NCBI GenBank assembly: GCA_022447545.1
Contig: JAKVBI010000013.1
Coordinates: 73,747 to 137,746 of the forward strand
Length of the DNA stretch: 64,000 bases
DNA from: Myxococcota bacterium
GTDB taxonomy: Bacteria; Myxococcota_A; UBA9160; SMWR01
Direction: 5' to 3'
In this document: piece after piece, positions 19,712-29,503 of the stretch
Numbering within the stretch: the first letter of the stretch is position 1
Layout of the letters: each line of letters starts with the position of its first letter
Position numbers and translations under genes: made by a program
Notes under the pieces: generated by a model
Told to the model about the DNA's origin: nothing
Seen by the model: only the letters and a program-made list of their open reading frames with translations
Database searches by the model: none

Positions 19712-21448
19712 ATGTTCGATCTCGTAATTCGCGGAGGCACCATCGTGGACGGAACCGGGGAGCCTCCCCGGATAGGAGATGTCGCGGTGCGAGACGGCAA
19801 GATCGCCGCCGTGGGGGAGGTGTCAGAAGCGGGCCGGGAGGAGATCGACGCGACGGGTAAGATCGTGACCCCCGGTTTCGTCGATATCCACACCCACTAC
19901 GATGGCCAGGCCACCTGGGACCCCTACCTCACGCCCTCCAGTGGACATGGTGTTACGACCATCGTCCTGGGGAATTGTGGCGTGGGCTTCGCGCCCGTGG
20001 CGCCGGGCAAGCAGGATTTTCTGATCCAACTGATGGAGGGGGTGGAGGACATCCCGGGCACGGCCCTTTCCGAGGGAATCCAGTGGGAGTGGGAGAGCTT
20101 TCCGGAGTTCCTGGATGCTCTGGAAAAGCGCGAGTTTGCCCTGGACATCGGCACCCAGGTGCCCCATGGGGCCGTACGTGCCTACGTGATGGGCGAACGG
20201 GGGGCCAAGAACGAGCCTGCAACCACCGCCGACATCGAGCGCATGGCGGAGTTGGTGGAAGAGGGGGTCGAGGCCGGCGCCCTGGGGTTCTCGACGTCGC
20301 GCACCGTGGTGCACCGCGCCATAGACGGGGAGCCCGTGCCGGGCACCTTCGCGGCCGAGGACGAGCTGTTCGGCATCGGGCGGGCCCTTCAGCGGGTCGG
20401 TAAGGGCGTGTTCGAGCTGGCCCCAGCGGGCGCAGCGGGAGAGGACATCGTGGCCCCCCGGAAGGAACTCGACTGGATGCTGCGCCTTTCCGCCGAAATT
20501 GGTCGGCCCGTGACTTTCGCCATGATTCAAGTCGACGCGGAGCCCGAGTTGTGGCGCGAAATGCTCGACCTCTCCGCAGCCGCCGTTGAGGGCGGCTCCC
20601 AGGTCTTTCCCCAGATCGCGGGGCGGCCCTCGGGGCTCATCATGGGCCTCGAACCGGGCTATCACCCTCTCGCCATTCGGCCGAGTTACGTGGCCCTGGC
20701 GGATCTCCCGCTGGCCGAGCGGGTGGCCCGGTTGCGCGACCCCGAGGTGCGTCGGCGCATTTTGTCGGAGAAGACCGAGGCCGCCGACCCCATGCAGGCC
20801 TTCATGCTGGAGAGCTTCCACAAGCTCTTTCCCCTGGGAGAGCCGCCCGTCTACGAGCCGCCGCCCGAGGCCAGTCTGGCGGCCGTCGCCGAGGCCCAGG
20901 GCCGTCCGGCGGACGAGGTCTTCTACGACGCCATGCTCGAGAACGACGGCAAGGCCCTGTTCCTGTTCCACCTGTTCAACTTTGCGCACTCCAATTGCGA
21001 TCACATGCTGGAGATGTTCCGCCACCCGCGCGCGGCGCTGGGGCTTTCAGACGGAGGGGCGCACTGCGGTCAGATCTGTGATGCGAGCACGCCCACCTTT
21101 ATGCTCACCCACTGGGTGCGCGATCGGAAGGGGGAACGCATCCCTCTCGAATTTGCGGTGAAACGTCAGACCCGCGACACCGCGGAGCTGTACGGTCTGC
21201 TCGATCGTGGTCTGGTCGAACCGGGTCTGCGCGCAGACCTCAACGTCATCGACTTCGATGGGCTTACGCTCCACGCTCCTGAGATGCGCAACGACCTGCC
21301 TGCGGGAGGCAGCCGCTTCGTTCAGCACGCCGACGGTTATGTGGCCACCATCGTGGCGGGTGAGATCGTGGCGCGCGACGGAAAGAGCACCGGCCGTTTG
21401 TCGGGACGCCTGGTTCGCGGCGCTCAGGCCGACCCACGCGCCTGTTGA
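19712..21448 (+). CDS. D-aminoacylase / N-acyl-D-amino-acid deacylase family amidohydrolase
   Basis: MFDLVIRGGTIVDGTG...VTPGFVDIHTHYDGQ. 578 aa. ATG follows GGAGGA. Confidence 0.85.
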   Translation: MFDLVIRGGTIVDGTGEPPRIGDVAVRDGKIAAVGEVSEAGREEIDATGKIVTPGFVDIHTHYDGQATWDPYLTPSSGHGVTTIVLGNCGVGFAPVAPGKQDFLIQLMEGVEDIPGTALSEGIQWEWESFPEFLDALEKREFALDIGTQVPHGAVRAYVMGERGAKNEPATTADIERMAELVEEGVEAGALGFSTSRTVVHRAIDGEPVPGTFAAEDELFGIGRALQRVGKGVFELAPAGAAGEDIVAPRKELDWMLRLSAEIGRPVTFAMIQVDAEPELWREMLDLSAAAVEGGSQVFPQIAGRPSGLIMGLEPGYHPLAIRPSYVALADLPLAERVARLRDPEVRRRILSEKTEAADPMQAFMLESFHKLFPLGEPPVYEPPPEASLAAVAEAQGRPADEVFYDAMLENDGKALFLFHLFNFAHSNCDHMLEMFRHPRAALGLSDGGAHCGQICDASTPTFMLTHWVRDRKGERIPLEFAVKRQTRDTAELYGLLDRGLVEPGLRADLNVIDFDGLTLHAPEMRNDLPAGGSRFVQHADGYVATIVAGEIVARDGKSTGRLSGRLVRGAQADPRAC

Positions 21449-21517
21449 GACGGCTGGGGACGAATCGTCCGGCTTTCGCCGAGCCCCCTGAAATCCAGGT
21501 GGAAAGAGGGGAGGCTC

Positions 21518-21841
21518 GTGCTTCGGATCGAAGGCGACGCTAGCTGGGACGGATGCCGGGTTCGCGTCCTGGCAGACGATGGGCGATCTGTTTTCGAAGA
21601 CGAGGAATGCGACGTCCGCGTCAGAGACGGGGGGCTGGAGGTCGTCTACTGGGACGATCGAGGCGCGGTGTACTTCTCGGGTCGGAGGGAGCCAGACGGA
21701 GATTTCGACCTGTGGTGTCGCAGCCGACCGCGTCGAGCCGTGCTGACCTTCGAATCGGAAGCACGACGCTTCACTGGGACCTGGAGGGAGGGGGACGACC
21801 AGGGCACGTGGGTCGTCGAACTTCCGGATGCGGTCGACTGA
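21518..21841 (+). CDS. Hypothetical protein (107 aa)
   Basis: GTG start after GAGGGGAGG. Charged, beta-rich-looking sequence with no recognised family. Coding status rests only on position, SD and composition. Confidence 0.4.
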   Translation: MLRIEGDASWDGCRVRVLADDGRSVFEDEECDVRVRDGGLEVVYWDDRGAVYFSGRREPDGDFDLWCRSRPRRAVLTFESEARRFTGTWREGDDQGTWVVELPDAVD

Positions 21842-21874
21842 GAGGACAACCCCGCCTGGGGTTGCGCGCGACTC

Positions 21875-22684
21875 TCAGGTTCCCGTGAAAACGGGGGCGC
21901 GCTTCTCCATGAAGGCGCGCGGCCCCTCCCGCGCGTCGTTGGAGTTCACCACCACGGCCGACTGTTCTTGCTCGATCGCGTAGGCATCGTCGAGGGATCG
22001 ACCGCTGGTCCGGATCACGGTTTCTTTGATGGCCCGAAGAGCAATGGGGGCGTTGCCGGCCAACCGCTCGGCGATTTCGAAGGCCCGGGGCATCAATTGG
22101 TCGGGCTCCACGAGTTCATTCACGAAGCCAATCCGGTGTGCTTCCTCGGCCGGGATCGGGTCGCCGAGGAGTAGGATCTCCATGGCCTTGCAGTAGGGGA
22201 TTTGGCGAGGCAAACGCACCATGGACCCACCGCCGGGGACGAGCCCGCGCTTGGCTTCCGACAGTCCAAAGCTGGCTGTTCGCGACGCGATACGGATGTC
22301 GGTGGACTGGAGAATTTCTGAACCGCCTGCCAGTGCGAAGCCGTTGATGGCAGCGACGATCGGTTTGTAGAGTTCGAAGGGGCGCAGCAGTGCGGTGGCC
22401 ATGATCTCACCGGCGCTGGCCATCAGACGCTCGTCCCAGTGGTCTTCAGGTTTCCGTGCCCCGGTAAAGAGGGGGAGCAGGCTGCCGAGGTCGCCGCCTG
22501 CGCAGAAAGCCACGTCTCCGGTACCGGTCAAAATTGCGACGCGCAGGTCGTCGTCGTCGCGAAAATCCCGCCACGCTTCGGCGAGCAGGATCAGCGACTG
22601 TGGGCTGAAGGCATTTCGTCGCTCTGGGCGGTTGAGGGTGATGAGCGCGATGTGGCCGCGTTTTTCGTAGAGAAGGTCCGGCAT
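21875..22684 (-). CDS. Enoyl-CoA hydratase/isomerase (crotonase family)
   Basis: IALITLNRPERRNA and AFCAGGDLGS motifs. ATG at 22684. Confidence 0.9.
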   Translation of the reverse strand: MPDLLYEKRGHIALITLNRPERRNAFSPQSLILLAEAWRDFRDDDDLRVAILTGTGDVAFCAGGDLGSLLPLFTGARKPEDHWDERLMASAGEIMATALLRPFELYKPIVAAINGFALAGGSEILQSTDIRIASRTASFGLSEAKRGLVPGGGSMVRLPRQIPYCKAMEILLLGDPIPAEEAHRIGFVNELVEPDQLMPRAFEIAERLAGNAPIALRAIKETVIRTSGRSLDDAYAIEQEQSAVVVNSNDAREGPRAFMEKRAPVFTGT

Positions 22685-22729
22685 GATCGGGAAGTCTCTC
22701 CATGGTGATGGGTCCATGTGGGTGGCCCG

Positions 22730-25219
22730 CTAGCTTAGGATCCCACCCGCCGCCATTTCGGCGATCTCTTCTTCGCGATAGCCCAAGATGTCCTTCATCA
22801 CCTGGTAGGTGTGTTCGCCGATGGTGGGGCCCGCTCGGGTGGGCCGCGCGGGTGTGTCGGAGAAGAGGGTGACGGCCCCGTCGAAGAGCATGCGCCCAAT
22901 TTCCTGGTGCTCGAGTTCGACGAAGAATTCGCGATGGGCGAGCTGAGGATCCGCGTGAAAATCGGTGGCGCGAAGTGAAACATATGCGGGCACGCCGGCC
23001 TCACGCAGCCGTTGTGCGACTTCGAAGCTGTCTTGGGTTCGGCACCAGGCACCGAGAAACTGGTCCAGTTCTTCACGTCGAGTCAGTCGTACGCTCAATT
23101 CATCGAGTATCGGATCCGCCAGATCCCTCAGAGTGGGTACGATTTTGCACAGGGCACGCCACTGTTCGGAGGTTCGTGTTTCGATGGCCACGTAGCGCTC
23201 GGTTTCCGAGGTCGCATACACGCCGTGGGGACATCCGCGATTCGAAGCCATTCCGGCGCGCTCCAGGATGGTTCCATGGCTCTGATGGTCGAGCATCAGG
23301 GGCCCGAGGAAATGGATGGAAGATTCGATCTGGGAGAGATCGATGCACTGACCTCGACCTGTGTGGTCGCGGTGGTACAGCGCTGCAGCCAGAGCAGCCA
23401 GGGCGTAACGCGGAGAAATGAAATCCGTATAGGCGCCCCAGGGGGCTTGGGGCTTGCGGTCGGGCCAGCCCGTGACGGCTACGAAGCCTCCGAGTGCCGC
23501 GCCGTGAAGGCCGAAGCCCGTGTGCGCACGTTCGGGCCCTGTCTGCCCGCGCATGCAGGTGTACAGCATGACGAGTTCCGGATTTCGGCGGCTCAGGGTC
23601 TCGTAGTCAATCCCGATGCGCTCCGCGGTTCCTGGCGTGAAGTTCTGAATGACGACGTCTGCCCAATCCACCATTCGGTACGCGACTTCGAGGCCGGCTT
23701 CGCTCTGGAGATCGAGGGCAACCCCGAGCTTCGATTGGTTCATGTTCGCGGCCGTGTGGCCGGTTCGAATTCCAGGGTCTCCCTTCCAAGGAGGTAGAAA
23801 GCGCAGCGTGTCGACGCGTTTCTCGGTCTCGACCCGCAACACGGTGGCGCCCAGGTTGGCGAGATCCTTGGTGATCAGTGGTCCCGCTGCGACCCAGGAG
23901 AAGTCAGCCACCTTGAGGCCTTCGAAGAGCATTTTGCGCGGGGCCAGGTTCGAAGCCGTTGGCGCAGATGGGCGTCGTTTGCTCGAACTGAGGAGGGCCT
24001 GGTCGCGGGCCAGGGTCGGGGCGCTCGACCGGTAGCGAATGGGGGTCTCGGAAAGATGCGCGAAGGGTCCCGGCAGCTTCAGGTCATCGACCTCGGTCCA
24101 ATAGTTGCGGAAAGACAGCTGGGGATCGCTCAGGAGGTCCTGGGCGTTGTTGACCGGCGCAATCAGCCACTTCTGGGCGACAGCCTGCTCGTGGATTTCG
24201 GCCTTGGTCATGCTGCGCAGGTGGGCGAGAAATTGCTCGATCCCTCGATTGGCGTCTTCGACGCTCAAACTTCCCGCTTGTACCTGCTCGACCCAGGTCA
24301 ACCAGTCGATCTCCATCAGGTCGGAATCCAGTCCACCTTGTTCGCCGATCCAGTTCATGACGGCGTTGAATCCGTGAGCGCCCTGGGCACCGAGCACGAG
24401 GGTCATGACCACATGGCCGTCTCGGCAGGGCTCGACGACGGGCAGGCTGATTCCGGGCATCAGGCTCTGAGCGGTGGCGCGGCTCGCGCGATCTTCACCG
24501 AACCCCGGAGGGTTCTCGTCGAAGGCCGCGTAGTCGGTGACGTACATCAGGGTCCAGAGCACCGCTGCTTGTATGGATGTGTCCAGGTGTTGGCCATCCC
24601 CTGAGCGGTTGCGCGCATACAGGGCCATCAGAGCATCTGCGGCTGCTTGCACGGCGCCATGGTGGACGGTTTCGGGAAAACCCACGGGAATGGGCGGGCG
24701 GTCCCCGTCGCCCTGCATGTTGAGCAATCCTCCGGCTGCCGCCAGGGTGAGGTCCGTGGCCGGGTGGCTGGCGTGGGGACCGGTTTGTCCGAAGGGGGAG
24801 ATGGATACGTAGATGAGTTCCGGATTGACAGTGCGCAGGTGGTCGGGGCCGAGCCCGAGTTTGGCCATGGCACCCGGCGTAAAGGACTCCAGCAGGATAT
24901 CGGCACTGCGCATGAACTCGACGAAGCGCTCGCGCTCCGCCCGCCTCTCGAGATCGAGCACGACACTGTGCTTGCCCATCCCCCAGGCCCGCCAGTAGAG
25001 GGAGCCTTCGGGGTCCCCCTCCCCTTCTGGGCCGAACGGAGCCGTGAAGCGCGACTCACATCCACCCGGCGGCTCGATCTTGATCACCTCGGCACCCAGG
25101 TCAGCGAAAACGCGGCCTGCCGCCTCTCCCATGGCAGTGGTGAGGTCGAGGACCCGGACTCCGGCCAGGGCCTCGGGTGCCTCGGCACTGGGGAATGGAT
25201 TCGCGGAGGTGTCGCTCAT
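22730..25219 (-). CDS. Tandem-fused family III CoA-transferase (two CaiB/BaiF-type modules, 829 aa)
   Basis: Module 1: LAGVRVLDLTTAMGEAAGRVFADLGAEVIKIEPPGG ... FGQTGPHASHPATDLTLAAAGG. Module 2: LKVADFSWVAAGPLITKDLANLGATVLRVE ... RGQTGPERAHTGFGLHGAALGG. Confidence 0.85.
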   Translation of the reverse strand: MSDTSANPFPSAEAPEALAGVRVLDLTTAMGEAAGRVFADLGAEVIKIEPPGGCESRFTAPFGPEGEGDPEGSLYWRAWGMGKHSVVLDLERRAERERFVEFMRSADILLESFTPGAMAKLGLGPDHLRTVNPELIYVSISPFGQTGPHASHPATDLTLAAAGGLLNMQGDGDRPPIPVGFPETVHHGAVQAAADALMALYARNRSGDGQHLDTSIQAAVLWTLMYVTDYAAFDENPPGFGEDRASRATAQSLMPGISLPVVEPCRDGHVVMTLVLGAQGAHGFNAVMNWIGEQGGLDSDLMEIDWLTWVEQVQAGSLSVEDANRGIEQFLAHLRSMTKAEIHEQAVAQKWLIAPVNNAQDLLSDPQLSFRNYWTEVDDLKLPGPFAHLSETPIRYRSSAPTLARDQALLSSSKRRPSAPTASNLAPRKMLFEGLKVADFSWVAAGPLITKDLANLGATVLRVETEKRVDTLRFLPPWKGDPGIRTGHTAANMNQSKLGVALDLQSEAGLEVAYRMVDWADVVIQNFTPGTAERIGIDYETLSRRNPELVMLYTCMRGQTGPERAHTGFGLHGAALGGFVAVTGWPDRKPQAPWGAYTDFISPRYALAALAAALYHRDHTGRGQCIDLSQIESSIHFLGPLMLDHQSHGTILERAGMASNRGCPHGVYATSETERYVAIETRTSEQWRALCKIVPTLRDLADPILDELSVRLTRREELDQFLGAWCRTQDSFEVAQRLREAGVPAYVSLRATDFHADPQLAHREFFVELEHQEIGRMLFDGAVTLFSDTPARPTRAGPTIGEHTYQVMKDILGYREEEIAEMAAGGILS

Positions 25220-25350
25220 GAGGGGTTCTCTCCAGGCTGGGGTGCCGGCTTGGTGACTCCTGATCCTAGAGCAATCCGATGCCCGGGTGGCCTTCTGCTT
25301 CGGCAGTCAGGCTCTGGAAGCGAAGGCAGGACGCATCGGCCCGAGGAGTG

Positions 25351-25989
25351 TCATCCCTTGGTGGGACTCTTCCGTTCGCGCACGAGCAGGGACCAGGTGC
25401 GGGTGAAATCGAGGAAACGCCCGGTCTGTTTCGCCTCTCTCTCGGCGACGCCCGGTCCGGACCAGTAGCGGTTTTGATAGTCGTCCAGGCTGGCGAACCA
25501 GAGTTCGGACACGCCATCGATTTCCGGGGCCCCGGGGGCCGCCTCTTCCGCGACATTCTGCACGTACTTGGCGATCCCCGGTTGATCAGCACGCAGGGTT
25601 TCGGTGTGGTGGTGGTAGCGCTCCCGAAATTCCTGGCGGGAGAGCCCAGGCGGTCGATAGAGGAAGAACAGCTGTTTGACTCCCGGTCGCCAGCCGTCTT
25701 CGCCGAATGGGGGCAGCTCGTCGAAGACGGGGCGTTCGCTGAGCCGGTAGCCGAATTCCCGTGGGTTATCGAACTGCGGCCTGTCATTCCACCATTCCCA
25801 GGAGAGGAGCGCGTAGCGGACGGGTCGCCGGGCGGGAGGACCGTGGAGTTCGAGCAACTTCTGGGTCGGATCCACGACGTCGATGACACGCCGCTCGGTT
25901 TCCGGGACCTCGGCCGCCGCGAGGGCGGCATCGGGATCGTGGGGGTCGCGGGTGTTTTGGAAGCAGCGCAGCCATTTGCTGGTGGACAT
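25351..25989 (-). CDS. EthD-domain protein
   Basis: ATG at 25989 follows GAAGGG. The C-terminal half VKQLFFLYRPPGLSRQEFRERYHHHTE...IDGVSELWFASLDDY matches the EthD pattern. The competing ORFs 25266..26234(-) and 25279..26241(+) are low-complexity. Confidence 0.6.
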   Translation of the reverse strand: MSTSKWLRCFQNTRDPHDPDAALAAAEVPETERRVIDVVDPTQKLLELHGPPARRPVRYALLSWEWWNDRPQFDNPREFGYRLSERPVFDELPPFGEDGWRPGVKQLFFLYRPPGLSRQEFRERYHHHTETLRADQPGIAKYVQNVAEEAAPGAPEIDGVSELWFASLDDYQNRYWSGPGVAEREAKQTGRFLDFTRTWSLLVRERKSPTKG

Positions 25990-26034
25990 GGACGCCCTTC
26001 GTTCTCGATTGTCTCGTCTGGTCGCCGGGCCGGG

Positions 26035-26107
26035 GGAGCAGAGTACCCCAGTCCCGAGGCCATCCGGGTGGCCACCTCGTCTCCGCTGGAGTGGGGTACC
26101 CTGCTCC
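26035..26107. promoter_or_regulatory. Large imperfect inverted repeat centred in the divergent EthD / AKR intergenic region
   Basis: GGAGCAGAGTACCCCA (26035-26050) pairs with TGGGGTACCCTGCTCC (26092-26107), 15 of 16 complementary, with a 41-nt spacer containing the near-palindrome CCATCCGGGTGG. The centre (~26071) is ~80 nt from both start codons (25989 and 26151). Confidence 0.4.
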
Positions 26108-26150
26108 GCGCTTGGCCCATGCGAGCAGATCGGAGGCTTCGTGTCCCTCG

Positions 26151-27070
26151 CCACCAACGTGTTCGGTCCCACGGGTCATCGGACCACCCGTCTGGGTTTC
26201 GGTGCCATGGAACTGAGCGGATTCGACGGTCCACTGGCTGATGAACGCGTCGACCGCGTCTTGAACGGGGTGCTCGACGCGGGGATCAACCTGATCGACA
26301 CGGCACCGGACTATGCGTCTTCGGAAGAATTGATCGGTGCCCACATCTCCCACCGCCGCGACGAGTTCTTCCTGGCGAGCAAGTGTGGCTGCCTAGTGGG
26401 GCGCACCCCTGAGTTGCGAGATGGGCGGCTCACCCACGATTTCAGCCCCGCCAATATCCGGGCCGGGGTCGAGCAAAGCCTGCGCCGCATGAAGACCGAC
26501 CACCTCGATCTGGTGCAGGTCCATTCGAGTCCCTCCCAGTCCATTCTGGAAGAGCACGGCACCGTCGAGGCCATGCAGGTGCTGCGGGACGAGGGCAAGG
26601 TCCGATTTCTCGGAATGTCGAGTGTTTTGCCAGATCTCTTGGATCACATCGCGATGGGAGTCTTCGACGTCTTTCAGATCCCCTACTCGGCGCTTCAGCC
26701 CGAGCACGGAGAGGCCATTCGCGTGGCGGCTCGAGCGGGTGCGGGCACGATCGTGCGCGGCGGTGTGGCCCGGGGCGCACCCGATCTCGACCCGGACCAT
26801 GGGTCCAGCCACGATTTCTGGAGGGGGTTCGTCCGCGAACGCCGGGGCGTATGGGAGCGCGCCAATCTGGACGAACTGCTCGACGGGGAAACGCGCACGG
26901 GCTTTCTGCTGCGCTTCGTGTTGGGTCATGAAGACCTACAGACCACCATCGTGGGGACCGCCAATCCCGACCATCTGGCTGCCAACGTGGAGGCGGCCGA
27001 GCGGGGTCCGCTGCCGCCGGACCAGCGATCCGAGGTCGAGCGCCGCGTTGCTGAGGTATTGAGCGGCTGA
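26151..27070 (+). CDS. Aldo/keto reductase
   Basis: GTG at 26151 follows GGAGG. TRLGFGAMEL...INLIDTAPDYASSEELIG is a typical AKR N-terminal region. Confidence 0.8.
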
Positions 27071-27215
27071 TCTTCGATCCCGGTGGGTTCGGGTTTCCGC
27101 GGAGGGCTCTGCCGGCGTAGAATCTCCAAACGGGACGATGACGAGGCCCCGTCCAGGACCCCTCGCTCCCACCCCTCGAGTTGCCGCCATCTGGAGCCGC
27201 AGAACAGGAGAGAAC

Positions 27216-28379
27216 ATGCAGATCCGATTCACGCCCGAACAGGACGCCTGGCGTCAGGAGGTCCGTGATTTTCTCGACGCCGAACTTCCGCCGGAGATGG
27301 GCTTCGACGTCGAGTTTGACGAGGACGAGGCTCTCTGGGAATTTTCGGTGGCTTTCACCAAGAAAGTAGGGGCCAAGGGCTGGCTCGGGCTCAACTGGCC
27401 CACCGAGTACGGAGGCCTGGCGCGCCCTCCCATTGATCGCATGATCATGTCCGAGGAGTTCGAGTATCGCGAGGCGCCTCTTTGTGGCTCCATCAGCTGG
27501 GGGCTCACCGCAGGGAGCCTGCTGGCGGGAGGCACCGAGGAGCAGAAGCGTTACTGGCTTCCCCAACTCGGCAGGCTCGACCTCCACGCTGCCGAGGGGC
27601 TCTCCGAACCTGGGGCGGGTTCGGATCTCGCTTCGCTCAAGACGACGGCTTATCAGGACGGAAGCGACTGGGTAGTCAATGGCCAGAAGACCTACACGAC
27701 CTGGGGGACCCACGCGGATTGTCTATTCACGGCAGCTCGCACCGATCCCAACTCCAAGCGTCACCACGGCATCACGATGTTTCTCATCCCCTACGACCTG
27801 CCTGGAATCTCCATGACTCCGATGATGAATCTCGGAGGTGGCCAGCAGAATCACACCTACCTCGACAACGTTCGCGTTCCCGAGGAGTACATGATCGGTG
27901 AGGTGGGTGGGGGTTGGAAGATGATCATGAATGCCTTCTACGGCGGTGGAATCCACGCCGGCCACGCCTACTACGAGCGAACCTTTGCTGAAGTCCTGGA
28001 GCATTGCCGGCGCGAGAAGCGCCGCGGTCGTCTTTTGATCGAGGATCCTCTGGTCCGGCAACAACTGGGACAACTCGCATTGATGTTGGAGCAGGCACGC
28101 ATGCTCACCTACGAGAGTGTGTCCAACTACAACAACCAGATTCCTCCTCAGTTCGGGGGAGCCCTGGGTGTTGTGGTTTCCAAAGAGATGCGGCCCCGTT
28201 TCTTCGAGATGTGTCAGGAGATCGTGGGGCCTCTGAGTCAGCTAAAACCCAACCGCTTCGCCCCCATGGGTGGCCAGGCTGAAGCCTGGTATCGCCAGTC
28301 CTATGCGAACCATGCAGGTGGGACCTCCCAGGTCAAGAGGATGGTGTTGGCCACACGTGGCCTGGGCCTGCCGAGGTAA
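27216..28379 (+). CDS. Acyl-CoA dehydrogenase family protein (subunit 1 of an adjacent pair)
   Basis: ATG at 27216 follows AGGAGAG. FTPEQDAWRQEVRDFLDAE N-terminus and C-terminal GGTSQVKRMVLATRGLGLPR tail. Confidence 0.85.
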   Translation: MQIRFTPEQDAWRQEVRDFLDAELPPEMGFDVEFDEDEALWEFSVAFTKKVGAKGWLGLNWPTEYGGLARPPIDRMIMSEEFEYREAPLCGSISWGLTAGSLLAGGTEEQKRYWLPQLGRLDLHAAEGLSEPGAGSDLASLKTTAYQDGSDWVVNGQKTYTTWGTHADCLFTAARTDPNSKRHHGITMFLIPYDLPGISMTPMMNLGGGQQNHTYLDNVRVPEEYMIGEVGGGWKMIMNAFYGGGIHAGHAYYERTFAEVLEHCRREKRRGRLLIEDPLVRQQLGQLALMLEQARMLTYESVSNYNNQIPPQFGGALGVVVSKEMRPRFFEMCQEIVGPLSQLKPNRFAPMGGQAEAWYRQSYANHAGGTSQVKRMVLATRGLGLPR

Positions 28380-28381
28380 TC

Positions 28382-29503
28382 ATGATTGATCTTGAATTCA
28401 GCGAACAGGAAGTCCTTCTTCAGCGTACGGCGGTCGAGTTCTTCATCAGTGAGTGCCCGCTGGCAAAGGTAAGGGAACTCGAAGACAGCGAACTCGGCTA
28501 CGCGCCCCAACTGTGGAAGAAGATGGCGGATCTCGACTGGGTGGGTCTCAGTCTGCCTGAGGAGGATGGAGGTGCAGAAGGAAGCCTGCTCGATCTCTAC
28601 GTCCTCTACCTCGAATTGGGGCGTGCTCTGGTCCCCACTCCACACCTCACCTCTTCGGTGATTGCTGGGGAGACTCTGGCCCGCGTTGGTTCTCCCGAGC
28701 AACGAAAGCTGGTTTCACAGATCGCCACGGGCGACCTCATCGTGGCCACCGCGTTGATGGAATCCGATGGGGATTACGGACCCGAGGCTGTGCAACTCAG
28801 CGCGACTCCGGGCGACGCTGGAGGCTACCGGCTCGAGGGAACGAAACTCCTCGTTCCGTGGGCACACGTGGCGGGCCGTCTGCTCGTGGCAACGCGCACG
28901 GGGCCCGGACCCGATGGAACCACACTTTTGCTGGTCGATCCGAGCGCTTCGGGGATCTCCTTGGAGCGTCTCGACAACACCGCCGGGTATCCCTTGTTCG
29001 CGGTGGTCTTCGACGGTGCCGAAGTCGCCGCGGACGCCGTAGTTGGCGAGGTGAATCGGGGCTGGGAAACCCTGACGCCGGCCTTGGACCGGGCGACAGT
29101 GCTCCAGTGCGCCGAGATCGTCGGCGCTGGGGAGGCGGTGCTTGAGATGTCACTCGACTACGCGAAGGAGCGTGAACAATTCGGCCAAGCCATCGGAAAA
29201 TTCCAGGCCGTTCAGTATCTGTGTTCCGATATTGCGATCGACCTCCACCTGACCTCTTTGCTGGCTCGTCAGGCGGCTTGGCGAGTGGATTCGGCCCTTC
29301 CCTACCAACGAGAGTTGGCTCTCGCCAAAGCTCAGGCTGCCGAAGCTTCCCAACTCATGGTGCGTCAGGCCCACGAGGTCTACGCCGGTCACGGTTTCAT
29401 GCTTGAAACCGACCTTCAACTCTACACGCGCCGGGCGAAGCATTGGCAGTTCAATCTGGGTGAAGCGAGCCATCATTTCGAAGCTGCGGTGGACGCCCTC
29501 TAG
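28382..29503 (+). CDS. Acyl-CoA dehydrogenase family protein (subunit 2 of an adjacent pair)
   Basis: ATG lies 2 nt after the upstream TAA (GAGGTAATCATG). ACAD-like FSEQEVLLQRTAVEFF...KEREQFGQAIGKFQAVQ. Divergent C-terminal motif NLGEAS. Confidence 0.8.
   Translation: MIDLEFSEQEVLLQRTAVEFFISECPLAKVRELEDSELGYAPQLWKKMADLDWVGLSLPEEDGGAEGSLLDLYVLYLELGRALVPTPHLTSSVIAGETLARVGSPEQRKLVSQIATGDLIVATALMESDGDYGPEAVQLSATPGDAGGYRLEGTKLLVPWAHVAGRLLVATRTGPGPDGTTLLLVDPSASGISLERLDNTAGYPLFAVVFDGAEVAADAVVGEVNRGWETLTPALDRATVLQCAEIVGAGEAVLEMSLDYAKEREQFGQAIGKFQAVQYLCSDIAIDLHLTSLLARQAAWRVDSALPYQRELALAKAQAAEASQLMVRQAHEVYAGHGFMLETDLQLYTRRAKHWQFNLGEASHHFEAAVDAL

Noticed and set aside
25266-26241. Three overlapping ~270-320-aa ORFs on both strands around the EthD gene.
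   Set aside because: Only the segment 25351-25989(-), starting from the internal ATG with an SD, shows an EthD-like pattern. The others are Arg/Pro-rich, and the long N-terminal extension would run through the divergent promoter and the inverted repeat.
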